The notes: generated by a model from the sequence alone, not told the origin. Shown: positions 7,876 to 19,155, counted from the first letter of the stretch. The stretch is DNA of 32,000 bases from Breznakia sp. PF5-3 (GCF_029504745.1 NZ_JAQFIQ010000027.1:1-32000); one strand, 5' to 3'. Program-made: numbers and translations.

Positions 7876-10572
7876 ATGGCAAAAAGAATAAATAGAGCAA
7901 GTGAAGTTCGCTTACAAGAACACAAAGAAGCAATTAAAAACAGATTGTTGGAAGCTTCAAAAATGAATAATGATGAAGTGCTTCTTAAATATCATACAAC
8001 AATGGATGGTTTAAGCGACACACAGGTAGAAAAGAATGTGGAAATGTATGGAGAAAACATCATTTCTAAAAACAAAGAAGATTCGGTATTTAAAAGATTA
8101 TATGATGCATTCATTAATCCTTTTACAGTGATTTTGATTGTATTGGTTGGTGTATCTTTTTTAAGTGATGTAGTTTTGGCTGCACCAAAAGAAAGAGATT
8201 ATACAACAATTATCATTATTTCTTGTATGGTATTTATCAGCGGTATTTTAAGGTTTGTGCAAGAATCACGTTCAAATAATGCAGCAGAAAAATTAAATGA
8301 AATGATTGAGACAACTACAAAAGTCAAACGGTTGAATGAACAAGAAAAAGAGATTCCACTTGATGAAATAGTAGTAGGAGATATTATTTATTTTTCAGCA
8401 GGAGATATGATTCCTGCTGATATGCGTGTACTTAACGCAAAAGATTTATTTGTAAACCAAGGATCATTAACAGGAGAAAGTGAACCTGTAGAAAAGTTTG
8501 CAAACAATAAAATAAAAGGAACACTTACTGAAACAAGCAATTTAATTTTTATGGGAAGTAATGTTGTAAGTGGTTCAGCAATTGGCGTGGTATTATCGGT
8601 AGGAGATGATACAACATTTGGTTCCATTGTTGGAGATGTAAATCAAAAAGCCCCAGAAACAAGTTTTGAAATAGGAATTAATAAAGTTTCGTGGGTGTTA
8701 ATTCGTTTCATGTTGGTTATGGTACCAATTGTTTTTGTGATTAATGGACTTACAAAAAATGATTGGTTACATGCCCTTATGTTTGCTATTTCAATTGCTG
8801 TGGGATTAACTCCAGAAATGTTGCCAATGATTACAACGACATGTCTTGCAAAAGGTGCAGTAGCAATGTCAAAGAAGAAAGTGATTGTGAAAAACATGAA
8901 TTCCATTCAAAATTTTGGTGCAATGGATATATTGTGTACAGATAAAACAGGAACAATAACGGTTGATAAAGTAGTATTGCAACATAATTTAGATGTACAT
9001 GGAAATGAAGATGATCGTGTATTACGACATGCATTTTTAAATAGTTATTATCAAACAGGATTGAAAAATTTTATTGATTTAGCAATCATTAATAAAAGTA
9101 AGCAAAAGGATATTGATGATATTGTAATTGATCGTTTTGAAAAAGTGGATGAAATTCCTTTTGATTTCAATCGTCGTAGAATGAGTGTTGTAGTTAGTGA
9201 TAAAACCGGAAAAACACAATTGATTACCAAAGGTGCAGTTGAAGAAATTCTTAGTGTATGTTCATTTGTTGAATATCATGGAGATGTACAACCAATTGAC
9301 GAGAATATTAAGGATAAGGTATTAAAGGTTGTTGAGCAGTTGAATCATGAAGGAATGCGTGTAATTGCAGTTGCACAAAAGAGTAATCCTGCAGTGGTTG
9401 GTGCTTTTGAAACAAAAGATGAAAAGGATATGGTATTAATTGGATATTTGGCATTTTTAGACCCGCCAAAGGAAACAACAAAAGAATCCATTCGAACGCT
9501 TGTTGAGTATGGAGTAGAAGTAAAAGTTCTTACTGGCGATAACGATATGGTTACGAAAAGTATCTGTAGACAAGTAGGTATTGATGTTAAAGAGGTTATT
9601 TTGGGTAGTGATTTAGATGAAATGAGTGATGAAGAAGTTAAGAAGGAAGTTAAACATGTTGATGTATTCGCAAAATTATCACCATCACAAAAAGCAAGGT
9701 TAGTAAAACTAATGAAAGACAATGGAAATGTTGTTGGCTTTATGGGAGATGGCATCAATGATGCTCCAGCGATGAACCAATCAGATATTGGAATTTCGGT
9801 AGATACAGCAGTAGATATCGCAAAAGAATCAGCAGATATTATTCTATTAGAAAAAGATTTGATGGTTCTTGAAGAAGGTATTATCGAAGGACGAAAAACA
9901 TATGGAAATATGATTAAATACATTAAGATGACAGCAAGTTCAAACTTTGGAAATATGTTTTCGGTTTTGGTTGCTAGTGCCTTTTTACCATTTTTACCAA
10001 TGAGTGCAGTACAGTTGATTTTCTTAAACTTAATATATGACTTATCTTGTACAGCAATTCCTTGGGATAATGTGGATCTTGAATATCTTAAAAAACCAAG
10101 AGATTGGAATGCAGATGGAATTGCAAGTTTTATGAAGTGGATTGGACCTACTAGTTCCATTTTTGATATTACTACTTACATATTATTATATTTTGTAGTA
10201 TGTCCTGCTGTAACAGGAGGATTATTATTCCATCAAATAAGTGATCCAAATATACAACTACAGTATATCGCAGTATTTCAAACAGGATGGTTAATTGAAT
10301 CTATATGGACACAAACCTTGGTTATTCATATGATTCGAACACCAAAGATTCCTTTTTTCCAAAGTAGAGCATCACTTATGGTTGGTGTATTTACAAGTAT
10401 ATCAATAGTTGTGGTAACGGTTATTCCATATACTATTATAGGAGAAATGTTACATCTTACTCCATTACCATTGCTATATTATGGTTGGTTATTATTAACG
10501 ATAGTATTATATATGGTTTTGGTTACGATTGTGAAAAAATACTATATTAAAAAGCACGGTGAACTATTATAA
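7876..10572 (+). CDS. mgtA: magnesium-translocating P-type ATPase (MgtA/MgtB family)
   Basis: P-type ATPase motifs [17 protein letters not shown] and [10 protein letters not shown]. The length and C-terminal TM bundle are typical of MgtA, and it is preceded by an M-box. I prefer the ATG at 7876 (GGAG at 7863-7866) over 7867. Confidence 0.9.
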   Translation: MAKRINRASEVRLQEHKEAIKNRLLEASKMNNDEVLLKYHTTMDGLSDTQVEKNVEMYGENIISKNKEDSVFKRLYDAFINPFTVILIVLVGVSFLSDVVLAAPKERDYTTIIIISCMVFISGILRFVQESRSNNAAEKLNEMIETTTKVKRLNEQEKEIPLDEIVVGDIIYFSAGDMIPADMRVLNAKDLFVNQGSLTGESEPVEKFANNKIKGTLTETSNLIFMGSNVVSGSAIGVVLSVGDDTTFGSIVGDVNQKAPETSFEIGINKVSWVLIRFMLVMVPIVFVINGLTKNDWLHALMFAISIAVGLTPEMLPMITTTCLAKGAVAMSKKKVIVKNMNSIQNFGAMDILCTDKTGTITVDKVVLQHNLDVHGNEDDRVLRHAFLNSYYQTGLKNFIDLAIINKSKQKDIDDIVIDRFEKVDEIPFDFNRRRMSVVVSDKTGKTQLITKGAVEEILSVCSFVEYHGDVQPIDENIKDKVLKVVEQLNHEGMRVIAVAQKSNPAVVGAFETKDEKDMVLIGYLAFLDPPKETTKESIRTLVEYGVEVKVLTGDNDMVTKSICRQVGIDVKEVILGSDLDEMSDEEVKKEVKHVDVFAKLSPSQKARLVKLMKDNGNVVGFMGDGINDAPAMNQSDIGISVDTAVDIAKESADIILLEKDLMVLEEGIIEGRKTYGNMIKYIKMTASSNFGNMFSVLVASAFLPFLPMSAVQLIFLNLIYDLSCTAIPWDNVDLEYLKKPRDWNADGIASFMKWIGPTSSIFDITTYILLYFVVCPAVTGGLLFHQISDPNIQLQYIAVFQTGWLIESIWTQTLVIHMIRTPKIPFFQSRASLMVGVFTSISIVVVTVIPYTIIGEMLHLTPLPLLYYGWLLLTIVLYMVLVTIVKKYYIKKHGELL

Positions 10573-10621
10573 AAGCTGATGATTTTATAGTATAAGTTTT
10601 ATATTGGAGATATATAGCATA

Positions 10622-10660
10622 TAATAAAAGAACAAAATGCTCTTTTATTATAACTTTTTC
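10622..10660 (+). terminator. weak AT-rich hairpin downstream of mgtA
   Basis: 10-bp stem TAATAAAAGA (10622-10631) / TCTTTTATTA (10641-10650), then TAACTTTTTC. Low GC, so stability is doubtful. Confidence 0.3.
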
Positions 10661-10721
10661 TCTTAAATTACTTAATAATAAAATGTTTAGAGTATATAAT
10701 AGTAGTGAGGTAAGATACAGT

Positions 10722-11402
10722 ATGAAAAAAATATTAATCATTGAAGACGAAGCGAGTATTAGAAAACTGGTTGCATATGATTTAAAACAAGTAGGTTATG
10801 ATGTATATGAAGCAGAAGATGGATTGCAAGCAAAGGAAATGATAGAGAATGATACTTATGATTTGCTTTTAATCGATTGGATGATTCCCCATATAAGTGG
10901 AATCGAATTGGTTAAACATTTTCGTGCAAGAGATGTACATAGCGTTTTTATAATGCTGACAGCAAAAGATGAAGAAGAAAATATTCTTGAAGCGTTTGAA
11001 GCAGGTGTAGATGATTATGTTTCAAAACCTTTTTCGCCTCGTGTATTGTTAGCACGTATTAACTCACATTTAAAAAATAAAGAAAGCACTAGTAGCAATG
11101 TATTCGCAGATCTTGAGATTGATGAAAAGAAACGAAAGGTTATGATTGGGAATGAAGAGTTGATTCTAACCAAAAAAGAGTATGATCTTTTATGTTACTT
11201 TATTATGAATGCAAACATTGTATTATCTAGAGATCAGATTTTAAATGATATTTGGGGATTTGATTATGATGGAGATACAAGAATTGTAGATGTTCATACA
11301 TTTAAATTGCGTAGCAAATTAAAAGAAAGTCAAGTTGAAATCAACTCGAGTCGAGGAGTTGGATATATTTTGGAGGAAAAGAATGAAGAAAGAAAGGATT
11401 AG
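10722..11402 (+). CDS. phoP: OmpR-family response regulator, PhoP-like
   Basis: Receiver domain (MKKILIIEDE, LLLIDWMIP, TAKD) plus a winged-helix C-terminus (RIVDVHTFKLRSKL...GVGY). AGTGAGG lies before the ATG at 10722. It is adjacent to the pst operon. Confidence 0.8.
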   Translation: MKKILIIEDEASIRKLVAYDLKQVGYDVYEAEDGLQAKEMIENDTYDLLLIDWMIPHISGIELVKHFRARDVHSVFIMLTAKDEEENILEAFEAGVDDYVSKPFSPRVLLARINSHLKNKESTSSNVFADLEIDEKKRKVMIGNEELILTKKEYDLLCYFIMNANIVLSRDQILNDIWGFDYDGDTRIVDVHTFKLRSKLKESQVEINSSRGVGYILEEKNEERKD

Positions 11403-12603
11403 TGAAATCCTAACGGTTTTAGTTTTTGCATTATTAGCATTGGGTGTATTTCAAATTCACCCATTTTTAGTAGTGCTAGCAATGACTGCTACATTTATAT
11501 ATATTCTTTATAGAAATGATAATGAATTTGAACAACGCTCACGGATGGAAAGCAATCAACTAGCAAATCGCGTGAAAACAACAGCCTCGGATGCATATTT
11601 GAAACAAAAGCGATTATACACACTTGTAGCTAATATTCCATTACCTCTTGTTTTGTTGAATATAGATGGAAAAGTAGTTCTGTATAATTCTTTTTTTGAG
11701 GTTTTTCGTGATAACAAGGATGATCGCGAATTGACGTATAATAAAAATGATTTTGAAAAAGACATTCATAAGTTTGTAAATGATGCTTTTATTTTTGAAC
11801 GGAATATCGATAAAACAATGAGTGTTAAGGGAAAAGAATATCAGGCAATCAGTGTTCCCATTACGACAGAAGGGAAGTTTAGTGGTTGTGTTGTGTTGTT
11901 TCAAGATATTTCAAAAGCGAAAGAAAAGGAGCAAATGCAAAAGGAATTTATTGCAGATGCTTCTCATGAATTAAAAACACCAATTAGTGCAATTAAAGGA
12001 ATGATTGAAATTTTAAATCGTGATTCTTTTGATGATGAAGAAATAAGAAAAGAATTTATGATTCAAATTCAAAAAGAAAATGATCGTTTAGAAGCCATTG
12101 TTAGAGACTTATTACAATTATCTAGGCTATCTAGTGATGTACTTGTATTGAAAAGAGATTCTATGGATTTTACAAGAATTCTTGATGCAAGTATATCTTC
12201 TTTACAACAAAAAGCAGAAAATAAGGGCTTGAAAATTGTAGCAGATTATCAAACCCATGAGGATGTCTTTGTAGACTTTGAACAAATGGAAGTAGTGGTA
12301 AATAATTTGTTGAATAATGCGATTGCATATAGTGATTCAGGGACGATTACTTTACGAACATATAAAAAAGATGATTATTATGTATTTGAAATACAAGATG
12401 AAGGAAGAGGTTTAAGTGAAGAAAATACGCATAAGATTTTTGAACGGTTCTATCGAGTCGATAAAGCTCGCTCTCGCTTGAGTGGTGGTTCGGGATTAGG
12501 TTTATCAATTGTAAAATCAATTTTAGAAGCCCATAATGCAATTTTAGAAGTGGAGAGTGAGGAGAATAAAGGGTCCGTTTTTAGAATTTTAATAAAGTAT
12601 TAA
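11383..12603 (+). CDS. phoR: sensor histidine kinase, PhoR-like
   Basis: Two N-terminal TM segments, a PAS-like segment, H-box SHELKTPISAI, N-box NNLLNNAIAYS, and G-boxes DEGRGL / GGSGLGLSIV. GGAGG lies before the ATG at 11383, which overlaps the end of phoP. Confidence 0.8.
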   Translation: MKKERISEILTVLVFALLALGVFQIHPFLVVLAMTATFIYILYRNDNEFEQRSRMESNQLANRVKTTASDAYLKQKRLYTLVANIPLPLVLLNIDGKVVLYNSFFEVFRDNKDDRELTYNKNDFEKDIHKFVNDAFIFERNIDKTMSVKGKEYQAISVPITTEGKFSGCVVLFQDISKAKEKEQMQKEFIADASHELKTPISAIKGMIEILNRDSFDDEEIRKEFMIQIQKENDRLEAIVRDLLQLSRLSSDVLVLKRDSMDFTRILDASISSLQQKAENKGLKIVADYQTHEDVFVDFEQMEVVVNNLLNNAIAYSDSGTITLRTYKKDDYYVFEIQDEGRGLSEENTHKIFERFYRVDKARSRLSGGSGLGLSIVKSILEAHNAILEVESEENKGSVFRILIKY

Positions 12604-12607
12604 TAAG

Positions 12608-12640
12608 ACGCTAGATATTAGTATATATCTAGCGTTTTTA
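12608..12640 (+). terminator. rho-independent terminator after phoR
   Basis: 11-bp perfect stem ACGCTAGATAT (12608-12618) / ATATCTAGCGT (12625-12635) followed by TTTTT. Confidence 0.8.
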
Positions 12641-12699
12641 ATGCTTAACGAATGAAAAATTGAAAGTATAAAAATGAGGTTTGAAAACACTCGCTTTTT

Positions 12700-12738
12700 T
12701 TAACCCTTTTTTAACAATTCCTTGATTTTTATTTAATC
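12700..12738 (+). promoter_or_regulatory. Pho-box-like array: four direct hexamers at 11-bp phasing upstream of pstS
   Basis: TTAACC (12700), TTAACA (12711), TTGATT (12722) and TTAATC (12733) are each 11 bp apart. They match the Firmicute PhoP TT(A/T/C)ACA-N5 repeat logic. A possible -10 TATGCT lies at about 12747. Confidence 0.5.
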
Positions 12739-12777
12739 TAAGACATGTATGCTTAAAGTGTAAAAGGGAGGCTTGAA

Positions 12778-13587
12778 ATGAAAAAATTTCTTAGCGTGTG
12801 TGTACTATGCAGTATGTTATTAGTTGGTTGTGGTGGGAAAGCATCTGGTAGTGAAACATCTGAATTTGTAGTTGGAGGATCAACATCAATTCAACCATTG
12901 ATGGAGCAAATAGCAGAAAGTTACAATAAGAGCAAATCAGGAAAAATTACTGTTCAAGGTGGTGGTTCTAGTGTAGGAACTAAAGGGGCAATGGATGGAA
13001 CGTTTAGTGTTGGAATGGCATCGAGAGCATTAAAGGAAGAGGAAGAAAAGAGCTTAGAAGGAACTGTAATTGCGCTTGATGGAATTGTCATAATTGTGAA
13101 TAAAGATAATCCAATTACAAATATTACCTTAGAACAAGCGAAACAAATTTATACAGGGAAAATTACAAATTGGAAAGATATAGGTGGCAAAGATCAGGAA
13201 ATTGCCGTTGTCTCTAGAGAAGAAGGTTCAGGGACAAGAGATGGGTTTGAATCGATTGTTGGATTTGAATCATCACAACTCATTGCGAATGCGGATATTC
13301 AAAATGCAACAGGAGCAGTTATTAGTAATGTATCTGGTAATAAACAAGCAATTGGATATATCTCAATGGGTTCAATGTCAAATAACATTAAAGGATTAAC
13401 CATTGATGGTGTTGAAGCAAGTGAAGCTACTATATTAGATGAAACCTATAAATTACAACGGCCATTTATGTTGTGTGTAAAAAAAGGTGATGAGTCAGCA
13501 AAAGCATTATTTGACTTTATTTTCTCAGATGAAGGAAAGCAAATCATTCAAGAACATAAATATATTCCAGTAGAAAGAGAAGGCTAG
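12778..13587 (+). CDS. pstS: phosphate ABC transporter substrate-binding lipoprotein
   Basis: Lipobox LLVGCGG. PBP-like-2 motifs GGSTSIQP, GGGSSVG and SREEGSGTR. Strong RBS AAGGGAGG. Confidence 0.92.
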   Translation: MKKFLSVCVLCSMLLVGCGGKASGSETSEFVVGGSTSIQPLMEQIAESYNKSKSGKITVQGGGSSVGTKGAMDGTFSVGMASRALKEEEEKSLEGTVIALDGIVIIVNKDNPITNITLEQAKQIYTGKITNWKDIGGKDQEIAVVSREEGSGTRDGFESIVGFESSQLIANADIQNATGAVISNVSGNKQAIGYISMGSMSNNIKGLTIDGVEASEATILDETYKLQRPFMLCVKKGDESAKALFDFIFSDEGKQIIQEHKYIPVEREG

Positions 13588-13597
13588 AAAATAGTTG

Positions 13598-13620
13598 GCA
13601 CATTATCTAATGTGCTTTTC
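13598..13620 (+). terminator. intra-operon hairpin after pstS (partial terminator or mRNA stabiliser)
   Basis: Stem GCACATT (13598-13604) / AATGTGC (13609-13615), loop ATCT, then TTTTCC. It lies between pstS and pstC. Confidence 0.5.
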
Positions 13621-13638
13621 CTATAGAGAGGAGAATGT

Positions 13639-14529
13639 ATGAAATCAATAGAATATAAAAATCGATTAGATAGTGTGTTTAAAAAAATAGTTTTCTTTTT
13701 TACGTTTGTTTCCGTTATTGCATTAGCAGCAATTCTAATCTTCACACTTTTAAAAGCACTACCGTTATTTAAAGAAGTAGATATCATATCTTTTATTACT
13801 TCTGATGTATGGTCTCCATCAAATGGTCAGTATGGAATCTTGGCTTTTATTGTTGCTAGTGTTTTAACTACGTTGGCTGCTGTTTTAATTGGCATTCCGA
13901 TAGGGTTGTATACGGCAATCTTTATTAGTGAAATTGCACCTAAGAAAATCAGTAACTTTGTGTTGTTTTGTATTGAAATATTAGCAGCTATTCCAAGTGT
14001 TGTATATGGATTTTTCGGTTTAACAATGGTTGTGCCATTGATACAAAAAATCTTTCATTTACGTAGTGGATCGACATTGTTAACAGCATCGATTATCTTA
14101 GCATTGATGATTTTACCAACCGTAGTATCTTTATCAACTTCAGCATTGAAGAGTGTTCCAAAAGCAATTGAAGAAGGTTCTTTGGCTTTGGGAGCAAGTA
14201 AGATACAAACGATTTTTAAAGCTAAAATTCCATATGCTAAAAGTGGTATCCTAACATCTTTCTTATTAGGATTGGGAAGAGCATTAGGTGAGACAATGGC
14301 AGTGATTTTAGTGGCAGGTAATTCTAATATGATGCCAATTCTTAATCCTCTATATGAAGCATTCTTGAATGGAGGAAGAACGCTTACAGGAAATATTGTG
14401 ATGGAATTAGCATATGCAAGTGGAACGCATGAAGCAGCGTTATTTGCAACAGGAGTAGTTTTATTTATATTTGTAAGTTTAATTAATGTAGTCATATTAG
14501 TTGTTAAGAAGAGAGGTGTTACCTCATGA
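13639..14529 (+). CDS. pstC: phosphate ABC transporter permease PstC
   Basis: 296 aa, 6 TM segments, EAA-like loop EEGSLALGASKIQTIFKAKIPYAKSGI. Operon position. Confidence 0.92.
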   Translation: MKSIEYKNRLDSVFKKIVFFFTFVSVIALAAILIFTLLKALPLFKEVDIISFITSDVWSPSNGQYGILAFIVASVLTTLAAVLIGIPIGLYTAIFISEIAPKKISNFVLFCIEILAAIPSVVYGFFGLTMVVPLIQKIFHLRSGSTLLTASIILALMILPTVVSLSTSALKSVPKAIEEGSLALGASKIQTIFKAKIPYAKSGILTSFLLGLGRALGETMAVILVAGNSNMMPILNPLYEAFLNGGRTLTGNIVMELAYASGTHEAALFATGVVLFIFVSLINVVILVVKKRGVTS

Positions 14530-15377
14530 GTAGAAAAGTAAAAGATTCCATACAATTAGGTTTCATTTATATAGCAAGTGCAATTAGTATTTTATCTTTA
14601 TTGCTTATTGTTGGGTTTGTATTAAAGAACGGATTAGCTCATGTAAATCTAAGTTTCTTATTAAATTATTATAGTGTTAGTGGCAAAGATAGTGGTATTT
14701 TACCAATGTTGATAGGAACCCTATATATTGTATTATTGACATTGCTTATCGCTACACCAATTAGTATCTTTAGTGCTATTTATTTAAATGAATATGCTAA
14801 AGATAATAGAATTACACGAATAATTCGCTTTGCTATCGATGGACTTGTAAGTGTACCAAGTATTGTTTATGGATTGTTTGGTTTTAGTTTGTTTGTAACG
14901 ATTCTACAACCACTTACAGGAGGATATTCAATTCTTTCTGGTTCTTTGACTTTAACCATTATGATCTTGCCTATTTTGATTAAAACGATTGAAGAAACAT
15001 TAAAAACAATACCAAATAATATGAGAGAAGCATCCTTTGCGTTAGGGGCTAGTAAAGTACAAACCATTTTTAAAGTAATCTTGCCAACTAGTTTAAGTGG
15101 AATTATTAATGCAATAATTTTAGGAATGGGAAGAATTATTTCCGAGAGTGCACCTTTGTTACTAACTGCTGGTATGGTATATTACATGCCTGAGGGAATT
15201 TTCTCTTCTAGTCGAACATTGACAACACATTTATATTATCTTGCAAGTGAAGGTGTTAATGATGAAGCACGAGCACAAGCATATGCAACGGCAACTATCT
15301 TGATTGTTATGATTGTTATATTGAATCTTCTTACAAGATTGATTGCGAAAAGAATTCATAAGAAAGTAGGTAAGTAA
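14526..15377 (+). CDS. pstA: phosphate ABC transporter permease PstA
   Basis: 283 aa, EAA-like loop [27 protein letters not shown]. 4-nt overlap with pstC. Confidence 0.92.
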   Translation: MSRKVKDSIQLGFIYIASAISILSLLLIVGFVLKNGLAHVNLSFLLNYYSVSGKDSGILPMLIGTLYIVLLTLLIATPISIFSAIYLNEYAKDNRITRIIRFAIDGLVSVPSIVYGLFGFSLFVTILQPLTGGYSILSGSLTLTIMILPILIKTIEETLKTIPNNMREASFALGASKVQTIFKVILPTSLSGIINAIILGMGRIISESAPLLLTAGMVYYMPEGIFSSSRTLTTHLYYLASEGVNDEARAQAYATATILIVMIVILNLLTRLIAKRIHKKVGK

Positions 15378-15378
15378 A

Positions 15379-16137
15379 ATGGAAGATATAAAATTTAATG
15401 TGAAAAACCTTAATTTATACTATGGTGATTTTCAAGCTTTAAAAAATATAAATCTAGCAATTAGATCTAATAAAGTAACAGCATTAATTGGGCCATCTGG
15501 GTGTGGGAAGTCGACATTTCTTAGAACCTTGAATCGAATGAATGATTTGGTAGATAATGTGCGAATTGATGGAGAAATTGAATTTGACAATCATAATTTA
15601 TTATCAAAGGATATTGATGTAATTGCACTTAGAACAAAGGTGGGAATGGTTTTTCAAAATCCAAACCCATTTCCAATGAGTATCTTTGATAATGTTGCAT
15701 ATGGTCCAAGATGTCAAGGAATTAAGGATAAAAAGGAGTTAGCAGCGATTGTTGAAACATCGTTAAAGCAAGCGGCATTATGGGATGAGGTAAAAGATCG
15801 ATTAAATAAGAATGCAATGGGTATGTCAGGAGGACAGCAACAGCGATTATGTATTGCTCGAGCAATTGCAATGAAACCGGAAGTTATCTTGATGGATGAA
15901 CCAACAAGTGCATTGGATCCAATTGCAACAAAGAAAATCGAGGAATTGATTGATATCTTAAAAAAAGATTATACAATATTAATTGTAACGCACTCGATGC
16001 AACAGGCATCACGAGTAAGTGATGATACAGCTTTCTTCTTATTAGGTGAGGTTATAGAGTTTGATTCTACATTAAAATTATTCTCGAATCCAAAACATAA
16101 GAAAACCGAAGAGTACATTACTGGTAGATTTGGATAG
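15379..16137 (+). CDS. pstB: phosphate ABC transporter ATP-binding protein PstB
   Basis: Walker [10 protein letters not shown], signature MSGGQQQRL, Walker [12 protein letters not shown], and the PstB-specific C-terminus EEYITGRFG. Confidence 0.95.
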   Translation: MEDIKFNVKNLNLYYGDFQALKNINLAIRSNKVTALIGPSGCGKSTFLRTLNRMNDLVDNVRIDGEIEFDNHNLLSKDIDVIALRTKVGMVFQNPNPFPMSIFDNVAYGPRCQGIKDKKELAAIVETSLKQAALWDEVKDRLNKNAMGMSGGQQQRLCIARAIAMKPEVILMDEPTSALDPIATKKIEELIDILKKDYTILIVTHSMQQASRVSDDTAFFLLGEVIEFDSTLKLFSNPKHKKTEEYITGRFG

Positions 16138-16147
16138 GAGGCAAACA

Positions 16148-16801
16148 ATGATTAAATTAGATAGAAAATTAAAGAAATTAGAAACAAGTGTTATTCATAT
16201 GGGAGAACAGGTTATTGAGCAACATCGTCGTTGTGCACAGGTGCTTACAAATTATGATGATACGCTTGCACAGCAAATAGTTGATAATGATGAAATCATT
16301 AACAATTATGAAGTTAACATCAATGATCAAGCAATTGCAGATATTGTATTGCTTCGTCCAGTCGCAACGGATTTGAGAAGAGTGTTGGTAGCAATCAAGA
16401 TTGCATCTGATTTAGAAAGAATTGGTGATTATGCAAAAGGATTGGCAAACTATATTTTAAAAAATGAGAATGAAGAGGAGTATCATAGTTTATTAAATCA
16501 TGCGGTAATCATGGAAAATAAATTGATTCAGATTTTACAAGATGTTATGAAGTGTTATAAAGATAAAGATGCTCAATGTGCTTATGAAATTCCCAAACAA
16601 GATGAGGAATTAAATAAATTGCTTCGTGAATTCCGTCATAAATTAGTAGCAGAAAAGAATCCTAATTTAAGACATGTATTTTATCTTTCTAATTTATTTC
16701 GTAATATTGAGCGAGCAGGAGATCACAGTGTTAACATCTGTGAGCATATCGTATATTTATGTAAAGGAATTCAATATGATTTTGATAAAGTTTCTCAGTA
16801 A
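16148..16801 (+). CDS. phoU: phosphate signalling complex protein PhoU
   Basis: Two PhoU repeats with ERIGDYA and ERAGDHS metal-site motifs. GGAGG lies before the ATG at 16148. Confidence 0.9.
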   Translation: MIKLDRKLKKLETSVIHMGEQVIEQHRRCAQVLTNYDDTLAQQIVDNDEIINNYEVNINDQAIADIVLLRPVATDLRRVLVAIKIASDLERIGDYAKGLANYILKNENEEEYHSLLNHAVIMENKLIQILQDVMKCYKDKDAQCAYEIPKQDEELNKLLREFRHKLVAEKNPNLRHVFYLSNLFRNIERAGDHSVNICEHIVYLCKGIQYDFDKVSQ

Positions 16802-16837
16802 TGAGAAGCTTTTTTTGTTTATCATAAAGTTAAAAAA

Positions 16838-16860
16838 ATAGGCAATAATGCCTGTTTTTT
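16838..16860 (+). terminator. probable terminator after phoU
   Basis: Stem ATAGGCA / TGCCTGT (one G-U pair), loop ATAA, followed by TTTTTT (16855-16860). Confidence 0.5.
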
Positions 16861-16961
16861 GGTATTATTTAAGTATATTCACACAACGTTCACAAAGAAA
16901 CCCCATGAACTCCATACATGATAAGGGTTTCTCATATATAATGTAGAAAGGAGTGATAACG

Positions 16962-17651
16962 ATGAAAAGATTATTAATTGTAGATGATGAAGCGAATATT
17001 CGTGAAATCATAAAAAAGTATGCAAAGTTTGAAGGATATGAATATTGTGAAGCAAAAGATGGATTAGAAGCAATCGATGTTATGAAGAAAAATGAGCATA
17101 TTGATTTGGTTATTATGGATGCAATGATGCCAGAATTAGATGGTTTTAGTGCTTGTAAAGAAATTCGCAAGTTTAGCAATGTTCCGATTTTGATGTTATC
17201 AGCACGAGGTGAAGAATATGATCGAATTCATGGGTTTGAAATCGGTGTTGATGATTATGTGGTAAAACCTTTTTCACCTAAAGAGTTGATGATGCGAATT
17301 GCGGCAATAATGAATCGTTATCAAAATTCAAATAATGTAGATAAATTCATATATAAAACATTTGAAGTGAATTTTACTTCAAGGGTTGTGAAAATTGACA
17401 ATGAAAGAGTTGAACTATCTCCAAAAGAATATGATTTATTATTTTATTTGATTAATAATAAAGATATTGCTTTAACTCGTGAGCAATTAATCTCAAAGGT
17501 ATGGGGTTATGATTTTTATGGAGATGATCGTACATTGGATACACATATTAAATTGCTTCGTAAGAAATTGCAGCAATATAGTACAACCATTGTGACGTTG
17601 AGAGGAGTAGGTTACCGTTTTGAAACTAAAGAAGATGAAGCTGAGGACTAA
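16962..17651 (+). CDS. OmpR-family response regulator (second pair)
   Basis: Receiver domain (MKRLLIVDDE, LVIMDAMMP, SARG) plus winged helix (LDTHIKLLRKKL...GVGYRF). AAAGGAG lies before the ATG at 16962. Confidence 0.88.
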   Translation: MKRLLIVDDEANIREIIKKYAKFEGYEYCEAKDGLEAIDVMKKNEHIDLVIMDAMMPELDGFSACKEIRKFSNVPILMLSARGEEYDRIHGFEIGVDDYVVKPFSPKELMMRIAAIMNRYQNSNNVDKFIYKTFEVNFTSRVVKIDNERVELSPKEYDLLFYLINNKDIALTREQLISKVWGYDFYGDDRTLDTHIKLLRKKLQQYSTTIVTLRGVGYRFETKEDEAED

Positions 17652-19101
17652 AGTATTTGCTTATATACTTATATTTGCCATGATAATCATTGCATTATTA
17701 TGGGTTTTTCAGATTGTCTTTTTAGATGACTTTTATAAGATGATAAAGACACGCCAAATTCAAAGTACAGTAGATGAAATAGCAGATCATATACAGGATA
17801 ATGTTGAAAGTAATGAAATGGAATCTTTTTTATACTCTACAGTAATCAATGGAGAGTATTGTATTCAGGTATGGGAGAAGGATAGTGAAGCAAATGGTAA
17901 AGAATACTATACACGCTTATATCAAGACGTTTTGACGAATCCTGGAATTTGTGGATATCAAAATGATACTTCAATATCTGTGGAGGATCATGATTTGTAT
18001 ATGCAGGCAAGTGAAAATGATGGAGAAGCGACAATGTCTTCATCAAATTCCATATCATTACCATCTGGGGTAAAAATCAAAAATGATTTTGATGGAATTA
18101 CAGTCGGAAGAATAATTTATACAGAAGATGATACAAAGTATTTTTTAATTGTAAATTCACGAATTTCTCCAGTAAATGAAACAGTGGATACACTAGTTCA
18201 ACAGCTTGGGATTATTACAACGGTATTGTTATTATTAGCATTTGCTATTGCATTAATTATTGCAAATAATGTTTCAAGGCCAATTCAAAAGATTACAGCG
18301 AAAGCGCGTCATCTAGGAAAAGGTGATTTTGATATTCATTTTGATGGGAAGGGATATTTAGAGATTGAAGAGTTAAATGATACATTGAATTATGCAGTAC
18401 AGGAATTAGGTAAGGTTGAGAATTTAAGAAATGAATTGATTGCTAATATGTCACATGATCTTCGTACACCATTGACGATGATTACTGGATATAGTGAAGC
18501 AATACGTGATCTTCCAGGAGAAGATACAAAAGAGAATATTCAAATTATCATTGATGAATGTACACGTTTAACAAATTTAGTAAATAGTATTTTAGATTTG
18601 TCTAAAATTCAATCAAGAGTAGAAGAGTTAAAGACAGAGAAGTTTAATTTAAGCGAACAAGTAAGAACAATTTGTGAAAGATTTGATACGTTATTGAAAA
18701 AAGATGGGTATGAGATTCAATATATACAAGATACAGAGGAGGATGTATATGTTGAAGCGGATCAAGAGAAAATTAGCCAGGTAATTTATAATATCATAGG
18801 TAATGCTGTCCATTATACAGGCGAGGATAAAAAAATATACGTTCGTCAAACTTGTATGAATGACATTGTGAGAATAGAAATCGAGGATACAGGAAAGGGT
18901 ATCAAGGAAGAAGATATTCCTTATGTATGGGATCGTTATTATAAACTAAAGACAAATCATAAGCGACAAGAATTAGGTACGGGATTAGGTCTTAGTATCG
19001 TAAGGGGTATTTTGGAATTGCATGCTGTACGATATGGCATTATAAGTGAAAAAGGAAAAGGGGCTAATTTCTATTTTGAATTTCCCAAAGTGAAAGAATA
19101 G
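17620..19101 (+). CDS. sensor histidine kinase with extracytoplasmic loop and HAMP domain
   Basis: TM1, an external segment of about 170 aa, TM2, then HAMP. H-box SHDLRTPLTMI, N-box YNIIGNAVHYT, G-boxes DTGKGI / GTGLGLSIV. The start is a TTG at 17620; the alternative is the ATG at 17635. Confidence 0.85.
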   Translation: MKLKKMKLRTKVFAYILIFAMIIIALLWVFQIVFLDDFYKMIKTRQIQSTVDEIADHIQDNVESNEMESFLYSTVINGEYCIQVWEKDSEANGKEYYTRLYQDVLTNPGICGYQNDTSISVEDHDLYMQASENDGEATMSSSNSISLPSGVKIKNDFDGITVGRIIYTEDDTKYFLIVNSRISPVNETVDTLVQQLGIITTVLLLLAFAIALIIANNVSRPIQKITAKARHLGKGDFDIHFDGKGYLEIEELNDTLNYAVQELGKVENLRNELIANMSHDLRTPLTMITGYSEAIRDLPGEDTKENIQIIIDECTRLTNLVNSILDLSKIQSRVEELKTEKFNLSEQVRTICERFDTLLKKDGYEIQYIQDTEEDVYVEADQEKISQVIYNIIGNAVHYTGEDKKIYVRQTCMNDIVRIEIEDTGKGIKEEDIPYVWDRYYKLKTNHKRQELGTGLGLSIVRGILELHAVRYGIISEKGKGANFYFEFPKVKE

Positions 19102-19155
19102 GCATTTGTGATTTTTTGATATATAATGGTTATAACAACCATTTGGGGGATTACA

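Noticed and set aside
9345-10160. 271-aa minus-strand ORF inside mgtA
   Set aside because: It is antisense to a strongly supported P-type ATPase gene. Its Ser/Phe/Ile-rich composition is the typical shadow of an AT-rich coding strand, and it has no recognisable motif. The same reasoning applies to 8388..8627, 8643..8906 and 8831..9034.
14055-14555. 166-aa minus-strand ORF inside pstC
   Set aside because: It is an antisense shadow ORF within a conserved ABC permease gene, with no RBS or domain signal.
16897-16931. Hairpin GAAACCC...GGGTTTC containing TGAAC upstream of the second response regulator, considered as a fourth ECF-promoter copy
   Set aside because: TGAAC is present, but there is no TGTCTAA 17 nt downstream. 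It is probably just a stem-loop or part of the sigma-A promoter region (TATATAAT follows).
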